In this document: positions 38,601 through 52,065 of the stretch, piece after piece
How positions within the stretch are numbered: the stretch's first letter is position 1
Layout: each line of letters begins with the position of its first letter
NCBI GenBank assembly: GCA_037379345.1
Contig: CM074524.1
Location: forward strand, 18,286,750-18,350,749
Reading direction: 5' to 3'
DNA from: Perna viridis
Taxonomy: Eukaryota
DNA length: 64,000 bases
Notes under the pieces: generated by a model
Databases searched by the model: none
The model's input: only the letters and a program-made list of their open reading frames with translations
What the model was told of the DNA's origin: nothing
Position numbers and translations under genes: made by a program

Positions 38601-41600
38601 AGGTCAAAGGTCAAGGTCACAGTTGGAGTTTAAATTTTTTACATTCTGGCACGAGACCGCAATTAATTTTCAAGTGCATTTCTATATACACATTTGAGCA
38701 GATTAAAAAAATTCCACCGGCGCAAACTGAATAAAACTTCTCTGGCCTAAACATATGTACAAACAGGATTTTATATATAAATTGTAGAAAATTTTACCAT
38801 CATTTTTTTAAATTAATACATATAATTCGGAGATGGGGTAAACATGACAAATGAACTGAGTTAAAAGTCCTAAATTTTAACCTTCTTCCACTGAACCAAA
38901 TCACAACTTTTAGTCAGAATTGATTAATGAAAAAAAATCCCATGTAATTTTAACCTATTTTCTACCAATTAGAGGCAAAACTTCAGCAAATAAGTTTCCA
39001 GTAAAAATATAAAAAAATGTGGAAGGTACCTACTACCAAAGTTGGAACTATATTCGTATACAACGAAAACCAAGGGGAATTGATTGTGTTCTTGTACCTT
39101 CTTTCTGAACACTGTGGAATCAAAATTCTTCAATTGATTTTAACCACAGTTAGTGTATACATGTAATTTGTACTCAAGAAAGCCTAGAGAAATATTTTGA
39201 CTTTAAAGATAGGATCACTAGTCTCTTCAATCAGACATTGAAGCAGTATTGGGTCATGCCTCCATTACCATTTTTTAGGCTATGTAACATCATGTTTCTT
39301 TAGTGGCAACAAGGTGGACATAAGTGTTTGTGCCCATTTTTCACTAATTCATATTTTCTTGTTTTCTATAACAATGGCTGTTGAAGGTTTCTCAGATGGT
39401 GGAATTTCCTTTGTTTTGTAGTCTATTTTAGACAGAAACTTTATGACTTCTCATGAGAAAAAAATAATGTACTCTTTGGCAGAAAACTTTGACCCTAGAA
39501 AAGAATGGACAGAATATATTCATGTAATGAGATTAATTTTGAATGGACTGAATTATTCTTGCATCATCTGAGGAAATGGGTTGAATGTATAAATATTTAT
39601 GGATTTATTTACAATTTTATTATAGATAAACATATGTCATTGTACAATTTCTGTAAATGTGGTGCTCGTGTATAAGAGGTTAAATGTATAATATGGATGT
39701 CTGCCGTAATTTTTTAAAAAGAAAAAATTATCAAATTTGTATTTTTTTTTATATATATTACCATTGATTTAATTTATTGTTGTTTATCAGTTTTTTTTTT
39801 ATTTATTTAGTTTTTTTTAGATTTTTTGTTTTAAACTGACAGTAATTTTTTTTTATTGAAATAATAAGAACAGTATTAAAATATAATGTGATAAATACTC
39901 ACATGTATGACCAGGTGTGGATCCAAACAAAGACATGCCAGGTCTAGAACCCCTTTAACAATTTTTGCTTGAAATCTTGATTTGTCAGCAATTTTACCCC
40001 AAAATTGTTCTTACCTTGATTCACATATGTGTAATTCTTTTTATAATGCCTCTAATAGAATCTTGGATCCACCAGGTCAAAAGATTCCTCTCACAATGAT
40101 GGCTGAGACCGAAGTTAATGCAACTCTATATATGCAAGATGTACAATGATAAATGTTTTATTATGGTGAAGATATTGCTTTCATTTTGTTCTCTTGGGGC
40201 GAAATAGATTTGTAAAAAGAGTGAGATTTAACTGGTGTTACATTTACACCTACTAATTATTTTTATTAAATTGTTGTTAAAAAAAGTATTTACTCAAATT
40301 TGTTTCCATCGTTTACAGCACTGTATCCCAGAAATTTGACCCCTATTGACCCATCAATGTTAACTGTAGGTAGTCAATGAGCATAGGTCATACTTCCATG
40401 AGGTAGGGCTTGGGATAGTACAAAATGATATTTTTTACAGGAGTGTATGTTAAACATGCTCATTAACTCCTCTGCAATTAAGGTTGAAGGATCTCTTGTA
40501 GAAAGCATGAATTATTACCAATCCAATTCAGTCACTTAACATAATCTTGCCTATTTTTTGTAAATCTAAGATATGAATTTTATTTAGTCTTAGATAAATA
40601 ATCATAAATCTGCCAAATTTGTTATTCAAAAAATGAATCCTGTTTCATGCATGCTTAATGGTAGACTTCTATAATTGAAATAAATAGATGCATGTCCCAA
40701 GAAAGAAAATGAAACAATATTATTTAGAATTCAGAAATTTGTCCATATGATCAAATTACTTTTGATAGAAACTTATTCTACAAATGATGTTGAATGTAAA
40801 GAATGTGGAGAAAATTTCTGAATTTCATATCAATCTGTCCATCTCATAGTGGTCATAAAATACACTTACCAACAGTTAACTTTTTTTAGAAAGAATTTTT
40901 AAATCAGAACATGGGACTAGATAATGGTGAATGTAAAAAAAAAAGATAGAAAACTCAGTTATTCCAAATGAGTATGTCATTGTTTGTTTGGGCATTCAAA
41001 TTTATCTTCATACTAAATGATTTTTAACTTTTTCCTTGATAAAAATTTACATATTTTATTTTTCAAAACAAACTTAAAATGAACACCATGTTGATAATTG
41101 TACTAAAAAACTCATCTTTGAAAAATAAGTGAAAAATAGTACATAATGTATTTTATGACCAATGAGTCAGGATTTTTTTTTGCTAGATTGTATATGCTAT
41201 TTTAGATGGCTATATATTTTTCTATTTTCTGCTTTTTTCTAACTCGCTGTGTAGTGTAACGAGGATGAGAGCTATACACAACAAACTATTTTATCGATAC
41301 GACGATCGTTAACACAAGATGATTTAAAACATCGTCTACAGGTGGCGCTACATGAGGGATCACCAAACATTGCTCAAACTCTCGTAGGATTAAATGTTAG
41401 GACAGCATATACTCATGCAGGTAAGAATGGTTGTCATGACAACACTTGTGAGTATTGTACCCACAAACAGAATAGATGCATGATTGGAAAAAATGGCTGA
41501 AATCAAATTTCATTACAAAATTGGAATAAGGATTATGTTTTATTTCTGTATTATATTGTCTTTCTTTGAAACTTTATTATCTATTTTTTCAGTTAAAATC

Positions 41601-44600
41601 TTAAAAATTGTTCTGCTTTCTTGGTTAAGAAAACAATTTTTTTTTTAGAAAAGTTGGAATATAACCTTCCATGTATTTGTTTTGAACTTTGATCTCAGCC
41701 TTTATTAGCACAGGGATAGATTAACTATTGGTTTACATAAACAGAATTCTTTATTGCACTTTTTCTTTCATTTTTTTTTTTTGAAAGAGTTCAGACAACG
41801 AGTTTCCAGAGACTGTCACAGCTCGTCTGCCAAGACGGATAATCACAGTTCAACAAAATGTACCAAGGGCCTTAACTCCTCCTCCTTCAACTAGGAGGAG
41901 CTACCCTTTTGCTATATGTGAAAGTGTTCCGACTTTGGAGGAAACTCTATCACAAATAAGACCACCAAAAGACCCTTTTGAGAATTGTGAGTCAGTCAAG
42001 TGTTTTTGTGGTTTTTGGATATCTAAACAATTGTGTGTCCTGCAAGTAACTTTGTGGCCAGATTGTGAATACATATTATTTTATATGTGTGTTGAGTATC
42101 AGTGCTAGCTTTATAGAATGTAGCAAGACACCTTTTTTTTTCCTGAAAAACGATTGTTCTAAAATATTTTTTGGTTAAACAGAATTTCCCAAACATGTAT
42201 CAGCTAAAAAAATGGAGTTAGTAGGGGGTCCATGGCGGCTATTTCAGCTAGTATGGCAGCTGCCTTCCCAAGTGTTTACTGGTTTAAACAAAAATGAAGA
42301 CTGACTAAGATGGGTGCAACACCTTAGTAAATGAATTTTTTTAAAGTATGTTTACTAGCTTACAAAAAACTTGCATGATTGTAAATGTTCAATATCACTC
42401 TACATTAATCAAAATTCTTAGGGGTCTTAAATCTTTAGGCAAAAGATTGTCCTAGCCTTTGCCATTTTATATTTTTTTAAGTTTGAAAACTTAGGCAATG
42501 TTTAATGTTACATTTGGAAAGGCCTCCATGCAGTGTTGTAGGCAACTCAAATATGTAGTTGATTAATTAAATCCACATTTTATAATTAAGATATATCTTG
42601 TCCATAAAGGTCAACATTATGGGTCATAAAATTTAAATTGTTGGTAAAATACCCCTATATTTTGGAGTCGATATTGATTTCTGGTCTGACCTTCTGGGCT
42701 CATTCTATGTGTCTTAAGTCCAGGCCCCTCTGTTTGACAACACAGGTAGGAATTTATGCCAAAGCATTTGCTTGAAAGCTCTTTTTTGGTGGTGGTTATT
42801 TTTTTTTTTATGTTGGTAGTTGGATTTATAGTGGTATATTAGTAATATGGTTTAGATGTTACAAGACATTACAATGCATTCATCATTTATACCCCCCTGC
42901 TTGGAAAAGTGGGCAATATATATAGTGATCATGGTGCCTGTTCATCTGTATGTCCACACCTTTTTATTACTTTTTCTGCAACTACTAATCACTGCCATTT
43001 TAAAAGTTGAGGGAAGTATTGTATAAAAACACACATCATATAATCATGACCATTTAACATTTTGAGAGAAGTGTCATCTAAAAAGCCATATCAGACTCGA
43101 GCGACATCAACTTCAGGGGTAAAAATTAGGAAATATAAGCTGGCAGCCCATACCATACTTCTGTTTACTATTTTCCATATGTTCAACTGAATTTTACCCA
43201 AAAGTTTAATAGCCTACCTTAAAAATTAGTAGCCATTGACTACTGGGTGACTGCTAATTTTTATCCCTGACTTCCTGTTTGATGACTTTAGTTGAGTTTA
43301 TATTTTGTCCAATTGTGGAGTGTGGATTACTTTTGTAAGCTTTACTCAGTTTTTCCGGTTTCATTCAAAAATGTCTTTATCATTTCACCGTATGTTTGTC
43401 AACATTAATCAGAAATATCTCTACATTTTGTGTGCATTATTTTATTTCAGTTCAAAATTTGAAAGCTCTTAGTATTGGTAATTATTTAGAATATTTGTTC
43501 AGAATTATTAACTTTTTCAAACTAATTTGTCTTAACCAATAAATGTCTGTTCATGGCTTCAAATATATATTCCATTCACAAGTATAAGTATATAGAAATT
43601 CACTGCACAGTTTAGAATAGTATTTATTCTTTAGAATGTTTCCTGACTTGACTTGTGAAGTTTCTTTCTTATTTTAATTTATCTTTTACTTCTTTTATCT
43701 ACTTTTTCAATACAAATGAATGGTTATCCTCAGCTCTTAATGGTTTTGTAAATTTGTTAATTGTTATAACTGTAAATGTATTATGTACCAAGTTTTATAA
43801 GATTTGATGGAAGCTTTAAACACCTAACTGCATGGACTGTCATAGTTCTTTTAGCTTTAAATAAACAAATAAATGTTTTTTAGTAATGCATGTTTACGGT
43901 AATATTTCATTATTTTCCAATTTAACAGTTTATAAGTCTAAAGGCATGATATAGTTTCGTTTCATTAACAATTTTTTCATACCCTTCTCCATACTCTACA
44001 GGGGTATATAATGATCCTATATCTATCCTTTCATTGTATGTTTAAATGTTCCTAAATGATATTCAAAGAACTTTTCAAACTTAAACCACTATGAAATCTG
44101 TAAATCCTGTGTACCTTTAAAGCAGTTTTTACATAATTGGGTTTACAGTAAAAGAGATTTACCATTACCGGTGTAGCCTTTTTTTAAATCCAAAGAGTAA
44201 TTACAAGATCCATGAATGTTCTCAGTTTCTATAATATATTACTCTTGTATAAGATGAGTCCAAACTGATGTTTCTTTTAAATTCTTCTCTGTCTGAGGAT
44301 CAAGCAAAATGTGTATGAGGGTGGCACATAATGATCAAAATGTACCTCACCTCCAGAAATAATGATCAAAGTGTACCTCAACTCCAGAAATAAGGATCAA
44401 AGTGTTTGCAAGCTTTGCCTTTTTGAAGCCAAATGTAGTTGAAATTCACTGTATGGAAAATGGCGGGAAAATGTTCCCACACTTTTTCCCTATATAGGCA
44501 GTCAAAAAATATCCACATCACAGATGCTTAAGAAAGTATTTAAATAGCTTTTTGGTTATTTTTTTTTAAATGTTTTGTATATATTTTAGGCAAAAAAAAA

Positions 44601-47600
44601 CTAAATTGAGAAAACTTATGTGCCACCCATTTCTTGATCCTTAATCTCAGAATGTCACTTTAAAAAATGCACGCAGTTCTCCTCATTGACTGTTGCTACA
44701 GTTATTTGCTGTTATATGGTAGACATATAGTGAGGAAAAATAGCGTTAACATTAATTGTCTTTTATTATTTACAGGAACTTTAATTCAAAATTCTTTAAA
44801 TCATTTTTTAGTCTCTGGAGGCAGCTGTAATATATTACAATACGTATGAGGAGTGTAATTTGAGGAATTGTTACCTCTAATTTGCCCATTAAAGTATGAT
44901 ACTTCTATTTCTTGATTTTGATGATATTTGTTAGTAGCACTGGCTAATATTTTTCAACTTTGGTTTGATCAGTTTTCTTGATATATTCCTCTAAATTACT
45001 TCCATGATGACAAAATTGATAATTTATATGATTTTTGTTTATTTATTTGACAGATGCTTTCCGAGACATAAACACCGGCATGCCTAACCTACCTCAACCG
45101 AGAGATATCAGGTATGGACATTTCTAGGTCATAGGGTAAAGGTCAAATTTCAAAATAATTTTCAGTAATAAAAACTGTCTGTCACTGGGTAAGTTGTTTT
45201 GTTTTTGTGAACTTGTTTTCCTTCATAACTCTTGTTTCCTTTAAAGTATTTTTTACTTTGAAGTAGTCAAGAGGATTTGGTATAAACTGAAGTAAAAAAG
45301 AGGAACACATATTTTTAACTCTTAATTTGTGAGTTCCTTTATTTTGTATATGACAACTTCACCATAACAAAAATATATGAACTATATTTTTTAAGATTAA
45401 AAGCATCAAGTCATAAATATTTTTCCCTGTAAATTGGGAAATTAGATTATATGTATGTAAACGTTGTTATTAGGAAATGTTCGTGAAAAAGTATATCATG
45501 ATTTGCAAATGTAGCAATTTAACACAACATGAAAGCTTGTAAATATCCTATTTGAGCCAATAACAATTAATTTTATGCTTCTAAATGTCTTCAGTAATGT
45601 TTTCCATTTAATTTTGCATGTTACGTATAATTTGATTATTGTCAAACATCTGCATGCTTTTTAACAGTACATGTATCATATGATTACCCATTACACATTG
45701 ATTTGTTTATGTATAATTGTTTCTAAGAATCAGGCAAAAAAATCTTGTACTCATCCTTTAGGCCTAACAAATGTTTTATAATGATATTGTGTGGTATAGA
45801 GCTTTGAAACTCTGCAGATTCCTGTATTACATGAGAAGGAAATTTTCAACAAATATTATCATAATTTCCCTCAATAGCTTATCAATTATTCATTTTTTTT
45901 TTTTTTTTTCTAATTGACTAAATTATGCAAAATGATATAGCAAATTTTGATTGTATTATTCCTTATAAATTGAATGATTACACCATCAGAGACTTTTATA
46001 TTTTTCTGCATGATTCTAAACGAGACTTGTGCTTAATGCTTTCACATTATATATTTTTTGTTATGCATGATTTATGTTGATCATTTAACTAACCTAATTA
46101 TTTCCAGCACTGATGATGGCAGCGATTTAAGTGAGCCAGATTTTACGACGCCATCTACGTTGTCACTTGCAGCAAGAAATAACCCCTATGTACATCAAGA
46201 TACAGTTCAATTACAAATGCTCCCTCTAGACACAACTCAAAAAAAATTACACAGGTATTGAAACATCCCCAGGTCAATTAAAATAGTAGTGTCCTAACCA
46301 AACACACCTGGATAACTGACACGCCCCAATTATTTATGCACCTGGATGACACACTTCCTAGTCAAACGCACCTAGATTATCACATCCCAAATGCACCTGA
46401 ATAACTCACTCCAAATTCAAACACAGCTAGTTTCACAAATAAGGATAATGCACTTTTTCAAATCCCAATTGAGATTCAGTGTCCAAAGCTATTTTCTGAT
46501 TTGATTGCGCACTGGGCACCCAAATCAGAATATGGTTTAAGACAGCGAATCTCAAAATGGATGAGCACTTTCTTACTTTTTTTCATTCACTTACTGTATC
46601 ACTATGATAGAGTCTTGACAGCACTGAACTACTCCATATTTTTTTCAATTTCAACTACAATATGCTTTCAGGAGAATGCACCTACATCTAAACTAACCAT
46701 TGTGTGCTTTGAATTTTATAGTGTTTTTCATTAACACAAGAATGCACTAGCTTCTAAAATATTTATTTTGCATTTATTTTTCACTTTTGAAAAAGAATTG
46801 TGGCTATGAATCTTGATTAAAACTTTTTAATTTTTTTTTTCCTTTTTTTGGTTCCTTCTCAGTATATGCTACTATACCTACTTTAGGGGATTTGTGTTCT
46901 TGGTCGTAAGGTTGCAGAACTTTCAATTGGGTGAACAAAGTTGGCAGTCAAGATTATATGAGGAAAAATATTCTTGCCTCTTTTGTTTCAAGTCTGAAGG
47001 ATCCCTTATTAAGTATCAATACCAAATTTTGATTTGCTGCTGATGTTAAGGGGGTACCTTACATCTTCTCTAAAGTTCATTTGGCTCATTTAAATGTCTT
47101 GAAATTTTATTCAGTATTTTTCTTTGATAAAAGAAGCAAAATATATATCTTTCAAGAAATTTTAACCACATGTTTCATGGGATAATTTCAATGAACATAT
47201 AGTAGCTTTATGAACAAAACTTTTGATCACTAAGGTGCTTTGAGTTTGATATCAGAATGTCACAAAATAAAATATTTTGCTGATTTTTACAGTTTTTTCG
47301 TCAGGTGCTGGCTAACACCTTAACTGTCATATTTGTTGTTTTTTTTTTTTTGTAGGAGTGGTCCAGTATCTAGATCATCACGGCGACAGTCCATGTCCTC
47401 TGTGCCCTTTGGTACCAATACTCCACCAAACATGTTTCAAATGACTGATGAGATTAAAACAGAGAAAAGACCCAGAATAACACCCAATGCTGGACCCTTG
47501 GTATGTTATAACCTCCCTTTTAATTGGCTTACCTCCCTTGAGCACATAAAATTACAGCTCTTCAAATATTTACTCTATAAATATTATCCCTTTAGTAGCA

Positions 47601-50600
47601 TGTAATTAAACATATTTGAAGAACTCACACTCTCTTGTTTTGAACTGTTTTTAAATAAGAAAATGTGTTGATATGTCAGTACCATGTACCAGGAGAAAAA
47701 GGAAGAATGTGCTTTAAAATGCCCTAAAGAACCTTTAATTTAATTTAAAGGGAAGTACTCACAGGTGGTAACCTTCAGAAATTCTTAAGTGGGAGATCTT
47801 TCTCTCAAAACTTTCTCAAGACAGAAGATTTGCCAAGTTTATGTTATTACAACATGTGATGACAAGAATTGAAGTTTTTTAGTACAATTTTAAGCTGCAA
47901 GTTCAATTAGGATGGGGGGAAATGTCTTTGAATGTGGCTAAATTTTCTGCTTTGACATGGGAAATAAGCAGGAAAATGTTGAAATTTTCATGAAATATAT
48001 GGAGACTCCTGCCAAAATTGAAAGATTGATAACACCTATGAGTACTTAATTTGATTCTCATATTTTTATTAGTACCAGTAATATTACATGTACTAGGATT
48101 TGGCTTTCATGATGTGTGGGTTTTAAGTACAACCTAATTCATGAATTGTTTATAACTTTAAAAAATAATAATGATAATAAAAGATGTATGCAACCTAATC
48201 AATGCATTTTGCAGATTCTCCCTGTCCTTAAATTTCTTTAATAATAAAGCAAAAATTGTTTTATCGGAAATACGTCCTATCCAATGAACTTGAAAGCTTC
48301 ATAAACATTTCTAAATTGTACCCACTGCAGGTTCAGTTATAATTGTATTTACCTGTACTAATTTGTTGATTATAAATGTATTAAGAAAATATGCTGAATA
48401 TTTTTACATATTTTTGGAAGGCTGCAGAACTGAAATCTACGAGAACACTTCAAGGATTTCTGGCTTTAGTGAAGTCAGTATTTTGGCTGCATTTGAAGTT
48501 CATTTTCAACATTTTGAAGTTTTGTTCAATATTTTGAGTGCATTTTGAGTTCATGATGTGCAACATATCTAATTTATTTTCTGTTCATTCAAAGCACTGA
48601 TTTATGAATATGAATTATCATGCTGCACTTTATTTATTTAACAAAACCATAGTTTCAACATACCATTACTTAAGGAATGACTGTTGTATTTTATATGTAA
48701 ATGATGAAAAAAATAATATGGTGCTCATTAAAATAACCTGCAAAGCAGACAATTTTCAAGATACACCACTGGAGTCAAATTTATGTCGTCATAGACTTAA
48801 GGAGATAGACCTAAGGTAATGGACATTACACTTGAAATCAGTGATATGTTAGTTTCACCAAAGCCTATCAAGCTTTTATTTGAAACAGAATGAAATCAAT
48901 CCAAGTTAATTAGATGCTTACATAAGATTGATGTCAAATGCTGAATACAAACGTTCCAATGATTTGTAAGAGTTGTGTCCTTAAAAAATATAACAGTCAT
49001 TATTCTATAGATAGCAGTGATTTACCAAATGTTCCTAGTGTTAAAAAAAATTGATAATTCACACTGTCAAATAAATTCAGTAATTTCACTCTCTCACTTT
49101 CTCCTACCAAAACTTCACAATACGGATATCAATCCACCGTTCACAAAATATAAAATTCATTTGAAAATAGCAATAAATAATGGATAAAATCTATACAATA
49201 AATAGGATAATCAATTGGTTATCGTGAATAACCAAAATATGATCACTCATGGCAAGTTACACACACTTAATAAATCTAGGCGTTCTTTCCAATTAGTTAT
49301 CCTATTATTCCCTATAATTTAATTTTGGTGTCTAAATCAATAAAAAAAAGGTTGATATTAGAAGTTGGGTCTATGAGATGATGGATAAACTGTATTTGAG
49401 TAAATAGTGTTGTCAATGAAATGTTATACAAATGTTATTGACCTATATATATGTAAATTTCACAGGAATCCTTTTTGAAAGGGCTGCATCTGAGTCTCAT
49501 TTCTGAATAAATTACTATTGAGAAGTAAGAAGTGTTTTTACCCTTCCAATACCTAAAAAATTTAACTTTAAAATAGTCACTAAATTTTTTTCTCCTACAT
49601 GAATTTGTCTCCCTATTCATGTGTTTTAATTGTCTCTTGTGGAATAAACTTTGAGTGAAACTCTTGCTTTTTTGTGTGGTAAAAATTTTTCCCAACTTTG
49701 ATGATTTTTCCATGCAGGCGTTATTCTATTATTATTGGTTCATAAAAGGTTTTGAAAAATAATTTTGTTCTATTTCTCTACTTTGTATAAAAGCAGGTTT
49801 TTTTCTGATCTTGAGTTCATATGACTATTATGTATCAAAGCCATATTAGTTTAGAGAAACGGGAGGTCAATCTGATAGCTAATCCATGATTGGTTTCAAG
49901 TAAATGGATAGATAATGCCTTGTATTTTGCATAATGGTTCTTAGTTCACAAGAGAAAGATATAAAGGGTGCTATTGAGACGAGTGAATTACCTCCCTTTG
50001 GTCAACTTGATTTTTTTTGTTTCATTTAGCATCCATATTTTGTTTCTCATTTACCTGTTCCGAACTCAAATCCTTTCATTTTTCTTTTAATTGTCAGTCC
50101 TTTCAAAGGTAGATAATGATAATTCTGACACTTTTTTCCACAATTTTCACCAGTTACCTCCCTTTTGGCAACTTTTTTTTTCACTTGGAATCTGTGTCAT
50201 GCTTCTAATTATCCTGTTTAGCACTGTTCTCTTCATGTTTTCCTTAAATATCTGTCCAATAAAAAAAGATATATTATAATAATAATTGAGACACTATTTC
50301 ACTATTTACTTTATTCAGCAGGCCTTATTTGGGGAAGAAGCAGTCCCTAAGGTATACATAGAAAATCTGATTACATGTGTATTTTAAGTCTACATTTCTT
50401 TTGCTTAACATAATCAATCATCAGTTCAACTTGTAAAGCATTGTTTTTGTTCATTTTTTAAAAGTATGGCTTGCTATAATTGACTTTTTGTTTTCCACTA
50501 ATTGCAGACTTGTTTGGCTAATTTGCTGCTTCTGACTTACCTCAGTACATTGATTTTGTGCTCGATAAATCGGCAGCAACTTATTTTCTCTGGATTTGTC

Positions 50601-52028
50601 TTTTGATAAGGAGGTTATTTTTACATAATGAGCTGTTTTATTTTGTAATCTTTTTTATTTCAAAATTGAAAAGTAACAAAATATGTTTTTTTCTCTCATA
50701 ATAACTGTGATATTTCAAAAAAGTCATAGATAGGTAATTTCTTTGACTATTATATTGATGGATGAACTGAAAACAAGACATACACTAAACCTTGGAAATG
50801 GACAAAAACAAGTCTAGAAACAGATATGTTCAACTAAGGGATTTGTCTTCTTGAACTTCAGAATGGAATCGCCCAGGAAGCCATAGAGCGACTCATGGCT
50901 AAAAATGGTGTCAAAGAAATGGATGTTCGAGAAAAAACGCCTGTGGCATCAGCTGCAATGGCTAGAGAATATATGAATGTTTTGTTGGATAGGCTAAAGA
51001 AGCGTGCTAAAACAGTTTTGTACGATCCAGCTTCATGTAGTAATGGGGAATTGAGAGCTAAATCTGTTCAATTAGTGCAAGCACTGAATGATGTGTCTGA
51101 AAGTATACCAACACCATTTGTTTTTTGTTTTTGGTGTTGGTCATGTAGAACAGAATTGTATTAGATAGAGGAAGAAGACATAGTCTCTTAGGACTAAAAT
51201 ACCTTTATTAGATTCCTCTTTTAACAAACTCTAAATTGACTAAGGACTTGTTTAGTTTAGATGTAACTTTTAAATGAAAGTCAACTTCCTTTTGATAATT
51301 CTTAATAAACCTGGATGCTTACGGCAAGATTTTTTTTCGAGGTTGAGATGTGGTACATTTTTATATTACATGAAATAAATTTGTGTCGTTTTCAGGAAGA
51401 ACAATTTTTTTTTATATTTCTTCCCAATGTGGGAAACAATTTTGTCCATCCTTATGCATGATTTTACAAGATACTGTAGTAGAAAAGTAACTCAGATTAT
51501 TAATGTACATGTAAATAATTAATTGATATTATGACAAGAGCAACAATAAATTTGATATAGATAAAAATGGTGAAATTTTGAATGGTGCCTGAGGCTTTGA
51601 AGATGCTTTTGGGACAGGGAATTTGCAGATTTTTATTATATCAGCTTTCAGCGGACACACATTCATTTCACAATGTTTATATGTAGTGCAGCTTAATAGG
51701 ATATTTATGTTAACTTTAATGCCAATTTATTTGAAAAAGAGGAAAGCCTTACATATATATATATCTGTTGAATAATTCTAGCTTGAATAAATCATATTTT
51801 ACTCATATCACCAACTAACAGTAAAAGCAGGCATAGTATCTGCTGAATTTTGTCTCTCCATTTGGCAGTCATGCTTTTGGGTATACAAGATGTAATCTTT
51901 AACTCTTAAAATATTGCACTATTATTATTAAAACTTAACACTGTATTAGTACACACATTGAAGATGTGCATCTCATTACAAGAAATCCACCAACATTTGA
52001 TTGGGTAGCAGGTCAGGACCGTTTTTGT

Positions 52029-52065
<37 letters not shown>

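Noticed and set aside
42232-42262. Fourth copy of the 60-bp retroposon tail
   Set aside because: Only a short TATTTCAGCTA match; no tail and no TSD.
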